A DNA stretch of 57,618 nucleotides, filler included, from an uncultured virus (IMG/VR IMGVR_UViG_2061766007_001532) (Duplodnaviria; Heunggongvirae; Uroviricota; Caudoviricetes). It is 6 parts of one record of this genome, joined end to end, with 100 filler letters (N's around TTAATTAATTAA, not from the genome) between each part and the next. Parts side by side here need not be neighbours in the genome. Positions count along the whole stretch, not along the records: positions 1 to 26,321 come from IMGVR_UViG_2061766007_001532; 5 more parts are not named here. One strand, written 5' to 3'. Made by a program: the position numbers and the translations under genes. The notes under the pieces were generated by a model that saw only the letters and a program-made list of their open reading frames with translations, was not told where the DNA came from and did not search any database. Positions 9,013 through 20,464 of the stretch are shown in pieces (positions within the stretch are counted from its first letter, which is position 1; each line of letters begins with the position of its first letter).

Positions 9013-9807
9013 TTACGCTTTCTTGATCCTCGTTGCGGTGCAATATCCTGTCTTGCCCTTGTATGTCGCATACGCCCATTTCTTTGAGCCGTAAACAAGC
9101 TGACCTGTAACGAACCCCTTGACTGTAATAGTAGCGTTCTGCGGCATACTGATAATCGCCTTTGATGATGTACTTGCCGAAGCTCTTAATGTCAACGGCT
9201 GACCTGTTATTGTCTTTACACGGTAAATCTCAACAACAGGTGTTGCAGGCGTAACGGTTGTAGGCGTAGATACAACAGGTGTTTCTTCCTTGTCGTACTT
9301 TTCCCAGGGCAAATGACATACGCCATAGATTGATGATGATGTTTTGAGATACTTGCCCTCGGAAACACGGTTGTTCTTGTTGCCCTCGATAGTATAGTAA
9401 TACTTATCGTCAACACTCCTGATTGCTCCAACGTGAGCACACTTGCCGAGGCTTGTGTTGAAAAAGATAAGGTCGCCCTTGATACCTTTTGTCTTATCGA
9501 CCTTATATCCTTTTGCTACGAGATAGTTCCAAAACTGCGGACACCCTGCGGCTGCGTTGTTCTTCGGTGCAGGCAAACCAAGAAACTTCATAGATTCTGC
9601 TTTACCCAAAATCTCGTTCTGTGCAACACCCCAAATTGCAAATTCGGCACACCAACCGCAAGCTCCGTTCTTTTTGGTGTTGAAGTATTGCCACGCTTCA
9701 ACATCAAACCAACGCCCATATTTCGTTTTGTTCGAGCCTAACGGGTTTTCGGGATAGCCAATCTGCCTTACAAGAAGATTGACATACTTATCACGCATAG
9801 AGGTCAT
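9013..9807 (-). CDS. endolysin, CHAP catalytic domain plus SH3b cell-wall-binding domain
   Basis: QIGYPENP.GSNKTKYG...WCAEF...GDLIFF...HVG.I...TIEGN; Thr/Pro linker; LTLRASAS...W.Y..YKGKTGY. Confidence 0.88.
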   Translation of the reverse strand: MTSMRDKYVNLLVRQIGYPENPLGSNKTKYGRWFDVEAWQYFNTKKNGACGWCAEFAIWGVAQNEILGKAESMKFLGLPAPKNNAAAGCPQFWNYLVAKGYKVDKTKGIKGDLIFFNTSLGKCAHVGAIRSVDDKYYYTIEGNKNNRVSEGKYLKTSSSIYGVCHLPWEKYDKEETPVVSTPTTVTPATPVVEIYRVKTITGQPLTLRASASTSSKAIISMPQNATITVKGFVTGQLVYGSKKWAYATYKGKTGYCTATRIKKA

Positions 9808-9810
9808 AGC

Positions 9811-10071
9811 TTACCCCTCGCTTTCTACTTCTGAATCGTCCTCGACAATCTCGACAGGGAGAGCATTGTTTACCCATTTGTATTTCAAGCCGGACACACC
9901 GATAAGAATACCGATAAACACTCCGATAACAGAAATTGTCTTGCCGATTTCGGTTGCATAAGGGAAACCCCAAATGCCTGCAAGCTCTACCCAAAGATAG
10001 TTAAGAGCATAGCAACCGACAAGGGCGATCCACTTCAAAATGTCGTAAACTTTACCATTCTTGAAAATCAT
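9811..10071 (-). CDS. holin, Dp-1-like family
   Basis: KVYDILKWIAL...LAGIWGFPYATEI.KTIS.IGVFIGILIGVS; adjacent to the lysin. Confidence 0.85.
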   Translation of the reverse strand: MIFKNGKVYDILKWIALVGCYALNYLWVELAGIWGFPYATEIGKTISVIGVFIGILIGVSGLKYKWVNNALPVEIVEDDSEVESEG

Positions 10072-10098
10072 ACTTTCTTTCTCCTTTTCTGTTTTGAT

Positions 10099-10458
10099 TT
10101 ATTGTTTAACCGCCTTTGCGGTCAAATAATCGTCGAGCTTTTTTTCTGCGTCCTGCAAATCTTTCAAATCTCCCCCTAAAGAGTGTTTCAATAACGCTCG
10201 CAGGGTTTCGAGGGTGATCTTTGTGCTTTCCTCTATCCTGTCAAAGCGTGTTTCCCCTTCATCGAGCCTCTTTTCGAGTTCGGCATACTTCTTTTCGAGT
10301 TTTTCTATTCTTGTGTTCTGTTCCTGTTCGGGTGCTTTAAGTCGCTTGATGATAGCGACGATAAAACCTGTGATTGTTGCCAAGCCTGCACATACGCCTG
10401 CTATCGAGCCTATAAATGCGACTAATTGAGCAGGGGTAAAACTGATAACTGTTTCCAT
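10099..10458 (-). CDS. membrane/coiled-coil lysis-associated protein
   Basis: N-terminal TM helix followed by coiled coil (RIEKLEKK...); typical gene upstream of a holin. Confidence 0.6.
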   Translation of the reverse strand: METVISFTPAQLVAFIGSIAGVCAGLATITGFIVAIIKRLKAPEQEQNTRIEKLEKKYAELEKRLDEGETRFDRIEESTKITLETLRALLKHSLGGDLKDLQDAEKKLDDYLTAKAVKQ

Positions 10459-11878
10459 ACGCTTTATATCACCTTTCATAGCTTGTATATCATCAGAATA
10501 CTTGTGTAAACTATTTTTGGCAAGCGAATTTCTTTTTGTACGAAAAAGGCGGTAAGAATACCGCCTATCCTCTTTTTCAGTTCTTCTATTTCCTCTTTAC
10601 GGCTCTTGTTTTCTTCTTCAAGAGCCTTAATGCGGTTGTTCTGCTCCACTTCTGGTGCTTTCAATCGCATTACTACCTTGCAGATAACACCAACTATCGT
10701 GGCTATACCTGCACACACGCCTGCGATAGTTCCGATAAAAGCNNNNNNNNNNNNNNNNNNNNNNNNNNNNNNNNNNNNNNNNACTGTAACCAAAACACGA
10801 TAGGTTCTATCGTTTGTGTCAGGTATCGTTATCTCGAACCTGTTGTGTGCCGTACTCCAAACGCAAGTGTAAGAATTTCCGTTTGTGTCAACACACTTTA
10901 TATCAGGGTTAAGCATATTCATTTTGATAGGTTGTATTCCGTCAATAACGTCTGTAAGATAACTGTCGGTAATACGAACATCAGATACATAAATTCGCAA
11001 GCCTGATACTGATACAGTTGCCGTAAATCGATTTGAGGCAAACAGGTTTTCAAACGTGGGTGTTCCGCTTGTCATTTTTACTGCAAAACGCTGGCTNNNN
11101 NNNNNNNNNNNNNNNNNNNNNNNNNNNNNNNNNNNNNNNNNNNNNNNNNNNNNNNNNNNNNNNNNNNNNNNNNNNNNNNNNNNNNNNNNNNNNNNNNNNN
11201 NNNNNNNNNNNNNNNNNNNNNNNNNNNNNNNNNNNNNNNNNNNNNNNNNNNNNNNNNNNNNNNNNNNNNNNNNNNNNNNNNNNNNNNNNNNNNNNNNNNN
11301 NNNNNNNNNNNNNNNNNNNNNNNNNNNNNNNNNNNNNNNNNNNNNNNNNNNNNNNNNNNNNNNNNNNNNNNNNNNNNNNNNNNNNNNNNNNNNNNNNNNN
11401 NNNNNNNNNNNNNNNNNNNNNNNNNNNNNNNNNNNNNNNNNNNNNNNNNNNNNNNNNNNNNNNNNNNNNNNNNNNNNNNNNNNNNNNNNNNNNNNNNNNN
11501 NNNNNNNNNNNNNNNNNNNNNNNNNNNNNNNNNNNNNNNNNNNNNNNNNNNNNNNNNNNNNNNNNNNNNNNNNNNNNNNNNNNNNNNNNNNNNNNNNNNN
11601 NNNNNNNNNNNNNNNNNNNNNNNNNNNNNNNNNNNNNNNNNNNNNNNNNNNNNNNNNNNNNNNNNNNNNNNNNNNNNNNNNNNNNNNNNNNNNNNNNNNN
11701 NNNNNNNNNNNNNNNNNNNNNNNNNNNNNNNNNNNNNNNNNNNNNNNNNNNNNNNNNNNNNNNNNNNNNNNNNNNNNNNNNNNNNNNNNNNNNNNNNNNN
11801 NNNNNNNNNNNNNNNNNNNNNNNNNNNNNNNNNNNNNNNNNNNNNNNNNNNNNNNNNNNNNNNNNNNNNNNNNNNNNN

Positions 11879-12645
11879 CCAATTCAGATTGCCATTTACA
11901 ATGGTTTGTCAAAGAATCGCCAAATGACATAAGGTTTATGCTTGCTGATGTGACCGCCTTTGCTCGTAAGGTTGTTCTCAATGTCTTGGCGAGCGACATA
12001 TCAGGATTATAAATGTCACAAGTTATTTCCGTGTCACCTGTGGTTTGAACATTAAACCTGACTCTGTCGCCATAGTTAGTTCCAAATGACCATTTGAAGG
12101 TGTAGTTTTCGGCATTGGGGACAATCTGATTGTGATAAATCTCATAGTCCTTGTTCGTTACTATGTTGATGTAATTAGGCAAATATGCTTCGTTATCAGA
12201 CAAAAAGTGCCTTGCCTTTGTGTCAACAACTTGCAAAGACGCTTCAAAAATCTTCATATCTGCAAGCATATCGTCGCCCGTTACGGTTGCCGAATCTGAA
12301 CCAACACAAACAAGCAACAACAAAGCACCGTCACCCGTTACAAACTCCGCAATGTTATCACTTGCGGACTTTTCAACATATCCATATACGGGTTGTTCGA
12401 CACCCGTAACAGGCACGCTTTTAACATAAGCAATTCTAAACTCTTTGGGTGTAAGCGTCTTGGTGATTGTGTACTTGAGGTTTGGTCTGCAAGGGCAATA
12501 AATTATCTTTTTTGCTCCCCTTTGCCAATATGTCAAAGTGGTTTCGGTAAAAGCACCGTTTACTAACTGTATTGACATTTTTGTGTCAACGGTTAAAACG
12601 TCGTTAATGTCGCTTACATCAGATTGTAACACGTCAACATCTTCG
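11879..12645 (-). CDS. tail fibre/receptor-binding protein fragment with start of an SGNH/GDSL hydrolase domain
   Basis: beta-rich domains followed by INLMSFGDSLT (GDS block I); truncated by gaps. Confidence 0.6.
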
Positions 12646-12656
12646 NNNNNNNNNNT

Positions 12657-14266
12657 TCTCAACTTTGATAACACAGTTGCGCCCGAGGTAAAGCCGAAGG
12701 ACGCGACTAATGTGTATAACTATGCCGTGTTAGGCGACGAGGGTAATGTTGACGATCCTACACGCATTTGTGCGCCTGATAAATCATCGGGCACATTTGC
12801 TACGCCTAACCATTCCGTACCTTATGGAATGACGGCAGAAACGGCGGCTAATATCGCTTGCGTTATCGGAAATTCGACAACCTATTTCAACTTTACGGAT
12901 ATTACTTCGCCTATCACATTTTCATTCGTCGGTGCTCACAAGCCTACTAAGGTTGAGATTGAGTATTACGACGACAATAACGGTTGGCAGTTGGAAAAGG
13001 TATATCTCGCAGGTGTCGGAAGATATTTNNNNNNNNNNGCCGCTTGCGTTATCGGAAATTCAATAACTTCTTTCAACTTCACGGACATTACTTCGCCTAT
13101 CACATTTTCATTCGTCGGTGCTCACAAACCTACTAAACTTGAGGTTGAGTATTACGACGACAACAACGGTTGGCAGTTGGAAAAGATATATCTCGCAGGT
13201 GTCGGTAGATATTTGGACGAAGTTACATTCGAGCCTGATAACTACGACACGGCAAACAAATATAGGCGTATCAAGGTCTATAACAACGAGGGTTCGGGAC
13301 GTTTCCAATTATCTTGGGTAAGAGCCGATAAATCTGTTGTTGACGGTCATAATGCAGTTTCGTTCAGCAAGGGTTTGGTATCGAAAGCAGAGATCAACAA
13401 CAATACAGACCTGACTTCACAGAGCTTGCCGAGTTACGAAATGACCGTAACGTGCCTTGACGCAAACGGCGAGTACACACCCGATTCAGACTATTGGGAT
13501 AATCAGTTTAAGGACGGCTCGCCTTGTTATCTAAAGGCGGCGTATAGGATAAACGGCGTAAACGAGTTCGTGCCTATGTTCTTTGGCAGATTATCCGAAA
13601 AGCCTAACTACGAGCAGGGCAAGATTACGTTCAAGGTTGCCGTTGATTGGCGTATCGGTTGGACTTATAACATCAACCCGAGGTTTGATGATACTTTGTC
13701 TGTTGGTGATGAAGTGTCTGGCGAACAGTTCTTTGCAATTATGTTTAACGGCAAAATGTTCGATTCTTACGACGTTTTCAACGACGGCGACGATAGGGCA
13801 TATTCCGTTTGTTCGTATAGCGGTGAGGTAGATTCTAAAGAGGCAAGACAGNNNNNNNNNNAGTTGGACTTATAATATCTATCCTATGTTTAACGATACA
13901 TTGTCGGTTGGCGACGGAGTGCCTGGCAATCAGTTCTTTATGATTATGTTCAACGGCAAAATGTTTGATTCTTACGACGTTTTCAACGACGGCGACGACA
14001 TAACAAATTCCGTTTGTTCGTATAGCGGTGAGGTAGATTCTAAAGAGGCAAGACAGTTAGTTGCAAACGCTCTCGGTTGCTTTATGAGAGCAGACTTTAA
14101 CAAGGTCGATTTGCTCAACGCTAATTTTATTCAGTACAAGCCTTTTGACGACTATCTTACACGCTACGATCAGGTCAAGTACGCTTTGGAAAGCAAGCCG
14201 AAAGTAGGTAGGATAAGCGTATCGAGAACTGATAATACCGTGTCAAGTGAGTATGTCGAGGCTACG
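12657..14266 (+). CDS. minor tail/baseplate protein, divergent allele of 20465-23214 (inverted in scaffold)
   Basis: Shares DL.SQSLP..EMTV..LD.N.EYTPDS.YW..QFK and GRL...PNYEQGKITF with 21787-23214. Confidence 0.7.
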
Positions 14267-14792
14267 NNNNNNNNNNNNNNNNNNNNNNNNNNNNNNNNNN
14301 NNNNNNNNNNNNNNNNNNNNNNNNNNNNNNNNNNNNNNNNNNNNNNNNNNNNNNNNNNNNNNNNNNNNNNNNNNNNNNNNNNNNNNNNNNNNNNNNNNNN
14401 NNNNNNNNNNNNNNNNNNNNNNNNNNNNNNNNNNNNNNNNNNNNNNNNNNNNNNNNNNNNNNNNNNNNNNNNNNNNNNNNNNNNNNNNNNNNNNNNNNNN
14501 NNNNNNNNNNNNNNNNNNNNNNNNNNNNNNNNNNNNNNNNNNNNNNNNNNNNNNNNNNNNNNNNNNNNNNNNNNNNNNNNNNNNNNNNNNNNNNNNNNNN
14601 NNNNNNNNNNNNNNNNNNNNNNNNNNNNNNNNNNNNNNNNNNNNNNNNNNNNNNNNNNNNNNNNNNNNNNNNNNNNNNNNNNNNNNNNNNNNNNNNNNNN
14701 NNNNNNNNNNNNNNNNNNNNNNNNNNNNNNNNNNNNNNNNNNNNNNNNNNNNNNNNNNNNNNNNNNNNNNNNNNNNNNNNNNNNNNNNNNNN

Positions 14793-15950
14793 ACCCTCAA
14801 CGGAATACATACCTGCTTCACCGAAAGCGGTTGACGGTGAATGAATACCCAAGTATTCTTTCAATCTTCTCAATGCCGCCTTACCGATTGTTTCGCCGCT
14901 TGATGTAGCCGCTTTTTTGTTCTTGTTTACGCCTGCGACGTAGCCCTGTCCCGAGCTATCACCTGCTTTTATCCAATCGTTTATCCACCAACGAGCACCC
15001 TTATCGCCCTGATAGGATAAAGCCGAACCGCTATCAAAAGCGTCGTTCTTTGCTTTTGGCGAAGATATACCCATAGCAAACTTGTAGGCTTCATTTGCGG
15101 CGGTGTTATAAAACATTTGACCGCCCTTGCCGTCCGCACCTACACCGTTCAAAGCACTATTGAAAGCCTTATCACCTGCCGCCTTGATTACACCGCTTTG
15201 ATTAGCGAATGTATCGGCGTAAGCCTTTGCGTCAGCCTCGGCTTGCTTTCTGTATGCGTCGGATAAACCTGACGGCAACGCTACGGGTGAGTTAGCCGTA
15301 GCATAATTGTAACCGCCAACTGACGCACTCGGCTTTGCAGTCTGTTTCGGTTGCAGATTCTTCTCGATTGTAGCAATATCTTTTTCGAGATTTCTGCCCC
15401 ACATTTTTTCATATAAAAAACCGAAAACAGGGTTATTTATAGCCTTTAGTCCGGCAAGTGTCAACTCCGCAAAGAACTGTTTACCTACGTCGTTGCCTGC
15501 TTGCGCCGCCCTTGCTCCAAGTGCATTAGGATCACCGAAGAGCACTTCCATTATGCTTTCGCTTCTGCTCTCAAAAGCGTCGTAGAACGAAACGCAGAAC
15601 TGCTCACCGTAAGTAAACCCGTTCTTGTCTGCCTCTAAAGCGAACTCTTCGGGAGATTTGCCAAGTATTAGCTCCCAAATCTTTGAACCGAGTTCTTCCG
15701 CACCGCCACCGAGAACTTCTATCCATACCTGTAAAGGCTTTTCCTTTAAGTCCTTGCGTAGCAAGTCGATGTCTGCCTTTGCCTGCTTGACACGGCTCTC
15801 TATCGCTTTCGATAAAAAGTCATATCCAGGTGTGAGCAAGTTGTTGAGGTTAGAGTTCTCACCGCTAACTCCACCGCCGCCTGAACCTGCGCCCGTGTTG
15901 GGGTTAAAGACGTTCAACTCGTCTATGCCAAGCATATAGTCTTTGAGCTT
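14793..15950 (-). CDS. tape measure protein, C-terminal allele fragment
   Basis: KLKDYMLGIDELNVF...LGIHSPS..FGEAGMYSVEG; Ala/Gly rich. Confidence 0.8.
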
Positions 15951-15960
15951 NNNNNNNNNN

Positions 15961-16842
15961 GATTTTGTCAACCCAAATAGCCGAATAAGCAATACGCAAA
16001 AACTCATTCTGAAATCTTGACCACCACGGAAGTTTAGGAATAAGTGATAACTCTGCCCTTGCAGTCTTATCAATAGCCGTAAGAGGTGTTGCGTCAGGTG
16101 ATACATACGGAGTTGCCTCTGTTCCCTTTTCAACCTGTACTTGTTTAACTTCCCAAGTGTTTGTTGTTCCACCACTTGCATAGGTAAACTTAAATCCTAC
16201 AACTTCTTTTCCCTCATCACTTGTTAGAGTGAATTTTGTGAACGAGGTCGTGCTATTGGGGATATAAGTTGACATATATGTTCCGTCAGAATATAAGAAG
16301 CGAATTATCAGTCCGTTTCCTGTTGTTACTGAACCAGATACGAGCCTTGTTGTAATCTGTGCCGTATAACGAGTATTTTCTTCAAACACATTTTCGAGTG
16401 TAGGTGCTCCCATAAAAGCATTAGCCAAACCACTAAAAACACCATTGTTATAAGAAATTCCTGTTGCGTTTTTTAACAAACTCTCGTTATAGATATTCCT
16501 TGAAGCACCGCCCTCTGTAACCTCTCCGAGCGTAGTATTGATAGCCGTAACTTCGCTCTTATCAGCCTTTAATGCCAAAGCCTGATCTACTTCCGTTGCG
16601 TCAGCCTTGCCCTCAACCGCATCTGCCACTTCTTCAAGTGCCGTTTTGGTAGCAAAGGTCTCGTCTGTTTCCTCTTTTGTATAAGCGTCAACGCTCGGAA
16701 TGTTCTCAATCTTGGTATNNNNNNNNNNGAGGTTTTCCACAAGATTTGCTCTGAACTCTCTGCCTACATCATACTGCGAGGCGTTGAAGATAGGGGTTTT
16801 CTTGTTATTGCCGGGGTTAATATCAACTGTAATCTGCTGCAT
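15961..16842 (-). CDS. BppU-like baseplate/receptor-binding protein (N-terminus plus allele body)
   Basis: TPIFNASQYDVGREFRANL is a BppU N-terminal motif; followed by a coiled stalk and a CBM-like beta domain (RNIYN...QVEKGTEATPYV). Confidence 0.7.
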
Positions 16843-16872
16843 TTTCTTAATCTCCTTTGCTTATGTATGAAC

Positions 16873-17530
16873 CTATGCGGTGCGTTTCCAAAAATATACG
16901 CACACAAAAGGCGGCATATTGTTATGAGGTTGATCGTTACCCTCATATCCTCTTGTGTCGTATTCTGATCCTGAACCCGTACCGTTAGAACCATAAACCG
17001 CATTTGCACCCGTGTTAGTGCTCCAACGAGGCTTCAATATGTCGTGATTGTGTTTCGGCATTTCATCAATAGTGAGTGTGTGCGTTTTTTCACCGCCCGT
17101 TTTTTCACTTGCGTTGAAGTCAGAATCGTTGCTATCAACACCAACAAGGGTTTTTCCTTGCCCGAAAGCAACCCAAGTACCGCCGAAGATAGTTCCAGGG
17201 TTAGCATTGCTTACCGAAGTGTAAATCGTGCCAATGGGATATACTGCGTTGAAGATAGCGGACATAACGGGGATAACAGGTAAATCTTCCAAGTCGTTGT
17301 AAGAGATATGCAAATCAGCCGTAGCCTTATTGCCGGACAATGTTACGCCGTTTATCTGCGGTCTGTTATACAAGTCCTCGTAGTCGCCCGANNNNNNNNN
17401 NACTCATAGTAGGTATGACAGGCTTATTGGTTAAATCATTGTAAGAGATACCCAAATCGCCCGTAGTCTTGTTGCCCGTGAGCGTTACGCCGTTTATCTG
17501 CGGTCTGTTATACAAGTCCTCATAGTCGCC
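16873..17530 (-). CDS. baseplate/short tail fibre protein with T4 gp10-C-like domain
   Basis: AVYPIGTIYTS...NPGTIFGGTW...GKTLVGVD...KTGGEKTHTLT.DEMPKHNH...HNNMPPF.CVYFWKRTA. Confidence 0.8.
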
Positions 17531-17540
17531 NNNNNNNNNN

Positions 17541-17960
17541 CTGTTCTGTCCCACTTGTTTCAATTGCCTCGTTTCCATTGAAAGCCGTAACAAATCTGAA
17601 ATACTCGTTTGTGTTAAGAATATCTCCTGCCTTTACTTCAATTTTGTTAGAGTAACGAAGTGAAGTAACACTGCTATCGACAATGCCTTTTTTTGTCATA
17701 TAACCGACGTTGAAAGTCAGTTCACCGTAAATATGGTCTGTTCTCGAATCGACTATTGCCACAGCATTCTGGAGTGCGTCAAAGTTTTCCTTATCAGCCT
17801 TTAATGCAAGAGCCGAATTTACATCGTTTGTGTTCGCCTTGCCCTCAACCGCATTTGCAACTGTCTGTAATGCCGTTTTGGTAGCAAACTTCTCGTTTGC
17901 TTCCTCTTTTGTATAAGCGTCAACACTCGGAATGTTCTCAATCTTGGTATTTACTTCGTC
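17541..17960 (-). CDS. receptor-binding protein allele fragment
   Basis: Same stalk (TKIENIPSVDAYTKEE...FATKTAL) as 15961-16718 and 40980-41792 but an unrelated downstream sequence. Confidence 0.6.
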
Positions 17961-18225
17961 NNNNNNNNNNNNNNNNNNNNNNNNNNNNNTGCATTGTGAA
18001 CCTGTCTTTTGAGGTTGTTTATCTCGGACTGCGAGGTTATACCGCCCTCGTCGGGAGCACCCTCGACCTGCAAATAGAAATTGAGGCTTGAAATCTGTGT
18101 GCCGTTCTTCTCAATGGTTATTTCGCCATAGTTNNNNNNNNNNTGTTATTCAGGACTTACGATATGAGGTAGGCGACATTATCAGGCTCGAAACGGAGAA
18201 GAATGTTTATGTAACNNNNNNNNNN

Positions 18226-18964
18226 GGTAGATAGCAACGAGTTCGACGAAACGGAAACTATCACGGACGCTAACGAGGGTGAGGTTTACTCTAATAGCAA
18301 TATCCTTGTTACGAACAGTTATATTGCAAACAAGGTTAAGCAGGTAGCTCACCTTGTAAGCGACATATCCTATCTCTATGAGGTCGATGTTGTTCAGGAC
18401 TTGCGATACGAGGTAGGCGACATTATCAGGCTCGAAACGGAGAAGAATGTTTATGTAACCTGCGTTATCACGGGTATTAAATATAATCTCCCAGGTAGCA
18501 ACGGACATATCACTTGCCGTAAGGTGTTCTCATACGAGGATAGCGACAATGTGATTCTTGATCCCGTCGGCTTGTCGGTTACATTCGGCGTAACAGAGAT
18601 TGAGGTTACGAAAGCGAGCGACAGAGCCTCATTCGTGGGCGTTATGAACACGGAGAACGATACATATATCTACGTTGCGAATGTCGAAGAATACGATAAG
18701 GACGTTAGCGGTACGGTTACGAGCGAAACGTACAACGCAACCCTGACAGACCTTAACGGTCATATTTGGCAATTTGCGTTTTATAGCGTTCCGTCCGGCA
18801 CAAGCGTTTCGACGGGTGCGCCTATCGTGAATATACCCGAATATGACGTAAGCACGGGTGCTACGGCGGCGGCTTACGGCGCAATCGCATTACTGAAAAC
18901 TATTTACGGCAAGCAAGGTATGACCGCCCCCGTAGATTGGGCGTGTGAATGGGAAGAACTATAA
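18226..18964 (+). CDS. minor tail protein C-terminal allele (inverted scaffold piece)
   Basis: QDLRYEVGDIIRLET.KNVY.TCVITG.K.NLPG.NGHITCRK shared with 20465-21364. Confidence 0.7.
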
Positions 18965-18978
18965 GGAGTAAGTGAGTT

Positions 18979-19386
18979 ATGGCTTGGACTACACCAAAAA
19001 CGAACTGGAATAGTACAGACAGATTCTATGCAAGCGATTGGAAAAGGATCGTAGGCAACCTCGAAGTCATTACAACGGCTTTGAGTATTGCCTACACGCC
19101 TAAAGACACGGTATCGGACGGCGACGTTATCACTTCTGCTGACAGAAACGTGGTTACAGACTTGATTGAAACAATCTACGTTGCTATGTCCTCTACTTGG
19201 AATAGGGACGTAGTAAAATCTCGCGTCGATTACGGATCAACTTGGGGTAGCAAGGAACTGAACATCATCGAGAACACTATTGCTAACTTCAAGGCTCAAA
19301 TCGACGGCAATATAACCGAAAATTGCGACAGATATACGGGCGGCGAACTGATATGCGGTGATAGATTATCCGTTGGCTTGCTTTAA
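18979..19386 (+). CDS. small baseplate/tail protein
   Basis: MAWTTPKTNW...D..RI..NLE...DLN.IE motif common in siphophage tail modules; allele at 20053-20463. Confidence 0.75.
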   Translation: MAWTTPKTNWNSTDRFYASDWKRIVGNLEVITTALSIAYTPKDTVSDGDVITSADRNVVTDLIETIYVAMSSTWNRDVVKSRVDYGSTWGSKELNIIENTIANFKAQIDGNITENCDRYTGGELICGDRLSVGLL

Positions 19387-19431
19387 TTTAAAGTTGAAGT
19401 ACACTAAAGATATACAAAGGAGAATACAAAA

Positions 19432-19838
19432 ATGTCGTTTGTTAAGAAAACTTGGGTTGACAGAGTAAGTCAATATCCTAACCGCCGTACAATAAACGAC
19501 GGCTATACAACTAAGGTTGTTACGGTAGGACGCGACGAGGGTACGGTTAGTGTTGAGGGCGACGCTTTCAACGCTGACAACATGAACGACCTCGAAAACC
19601 GTATTCTTGCTGCTTGCAACGGTGGCGGCGGTGGCGGTGGTTTCTCGGGCGACTATGACGATTTGTATAACCGCCCGAAGATAAACGGCGTAACGCTCAC
19701 GGGCAATAAGACCACAAGCGACTTGGGCATTTCCTATGACGACTTAACCGATAAGCCGAGTATTCCTACTTTGAGTGCTATCTTCAACGCGGTATATCCC
19801 GTAGGTTCAATCTATACCTCGACAAGCAACGCTAACCC
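19432..19838 (+). CDS. N-terminus of the gp10-C-like tail fibre protein
   Basis: MSFVKKTWVDR..QYPNRR...FNA.NMNDLE.RI...INGVTLTGNKT...AVYPVGSIY; allele at 19849-20007 on the minus strand. Confidence 0.75.
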
Positions 19839-20052
19839 NNNNNNNNNNATCATTCATATTTGCGGCGTTGAAAGCGTCGCCTGCCTCGGTAATAGTTCCC
19901 TCGTCCCTACCAACAGTAACGACCTTTGTTGTGTAGCCGTCGTTTATGGTTCGACGATTAGGGTATTGAACAACCCTGTCTTTCCAAGTTTTCTTGACAA
20001 AAGCCATTTGTTAGTGTACCTCCGTATATTATTAGAATACAAAATTTGCAAA

Positions 20053-20463
20053 TTAAAGCAAGCCGATAGTGAATGTGTCGCCACAAGCGATTTCGCCGCC
20101 GTATCTCTCTACATCACCCGATAAAGTGCCGTCTAATTGTTCTTTGAATTTCAGAAGCGTACTCTCGATGATGTTCAAGTCCTTGCTTGTCCAAGTCTGA
20201 CCGTAATCAACTCTCCGCTTTACGACCTCTCTACTCCAAGAAGCACCAAGCGTTACATAGATTTCCTCGATAAGATCAGTAACAACATTTCTGTCAGCCG
20301 AAGTCAGCAAAGTATCGCCGTCTGTAACGCTCGTATAGGGCGTGTAGGCGATAGATAATGCGTCCGTGATATATTCGAGGTTTCCTACTATGCGAAGCCA
20401 ATCAGCCGCATAGAAATAGTCGCTCGGTTGCCAATTAGTTTTCGGTGTAGTCCAAGTAGGCAT
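20053..20463 (-). CDS. small baseplate/tail protein (allele of 18979-19386)
   Basis: WTTPKTNW...RIVGNLE...DLNIIE. Confidence 0.75.
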   Translation of the reverse strand: MPTWTTPKTNWQPSDYFYAADWLRIVGNLEYITDALSIAYTPYTSVTDGDTLLTSADRNVVTDLIEEIYVTLGASWSREVVKRRVDYGQTWTSKDLNIIESTLLKFKEQLDGTLSGDVERYGGEIACGDTFTIGLL

Positions 20464-20464
20464 A

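Noticed and set aside
10476..10742. Truncated paralogue of the 10099-10458 gene running through a terminator-like hairpin
   Set aside because: Most likely a chimeric join of two alleles; cannot be supported as a real duplication without reads
12657..19838. Tail genes on both strands suggesting an invertible shufflon
   Set aside because: Orientation switches coincide with N gaps; no invertase or inverted recombination sites seen; head genes show the same flips
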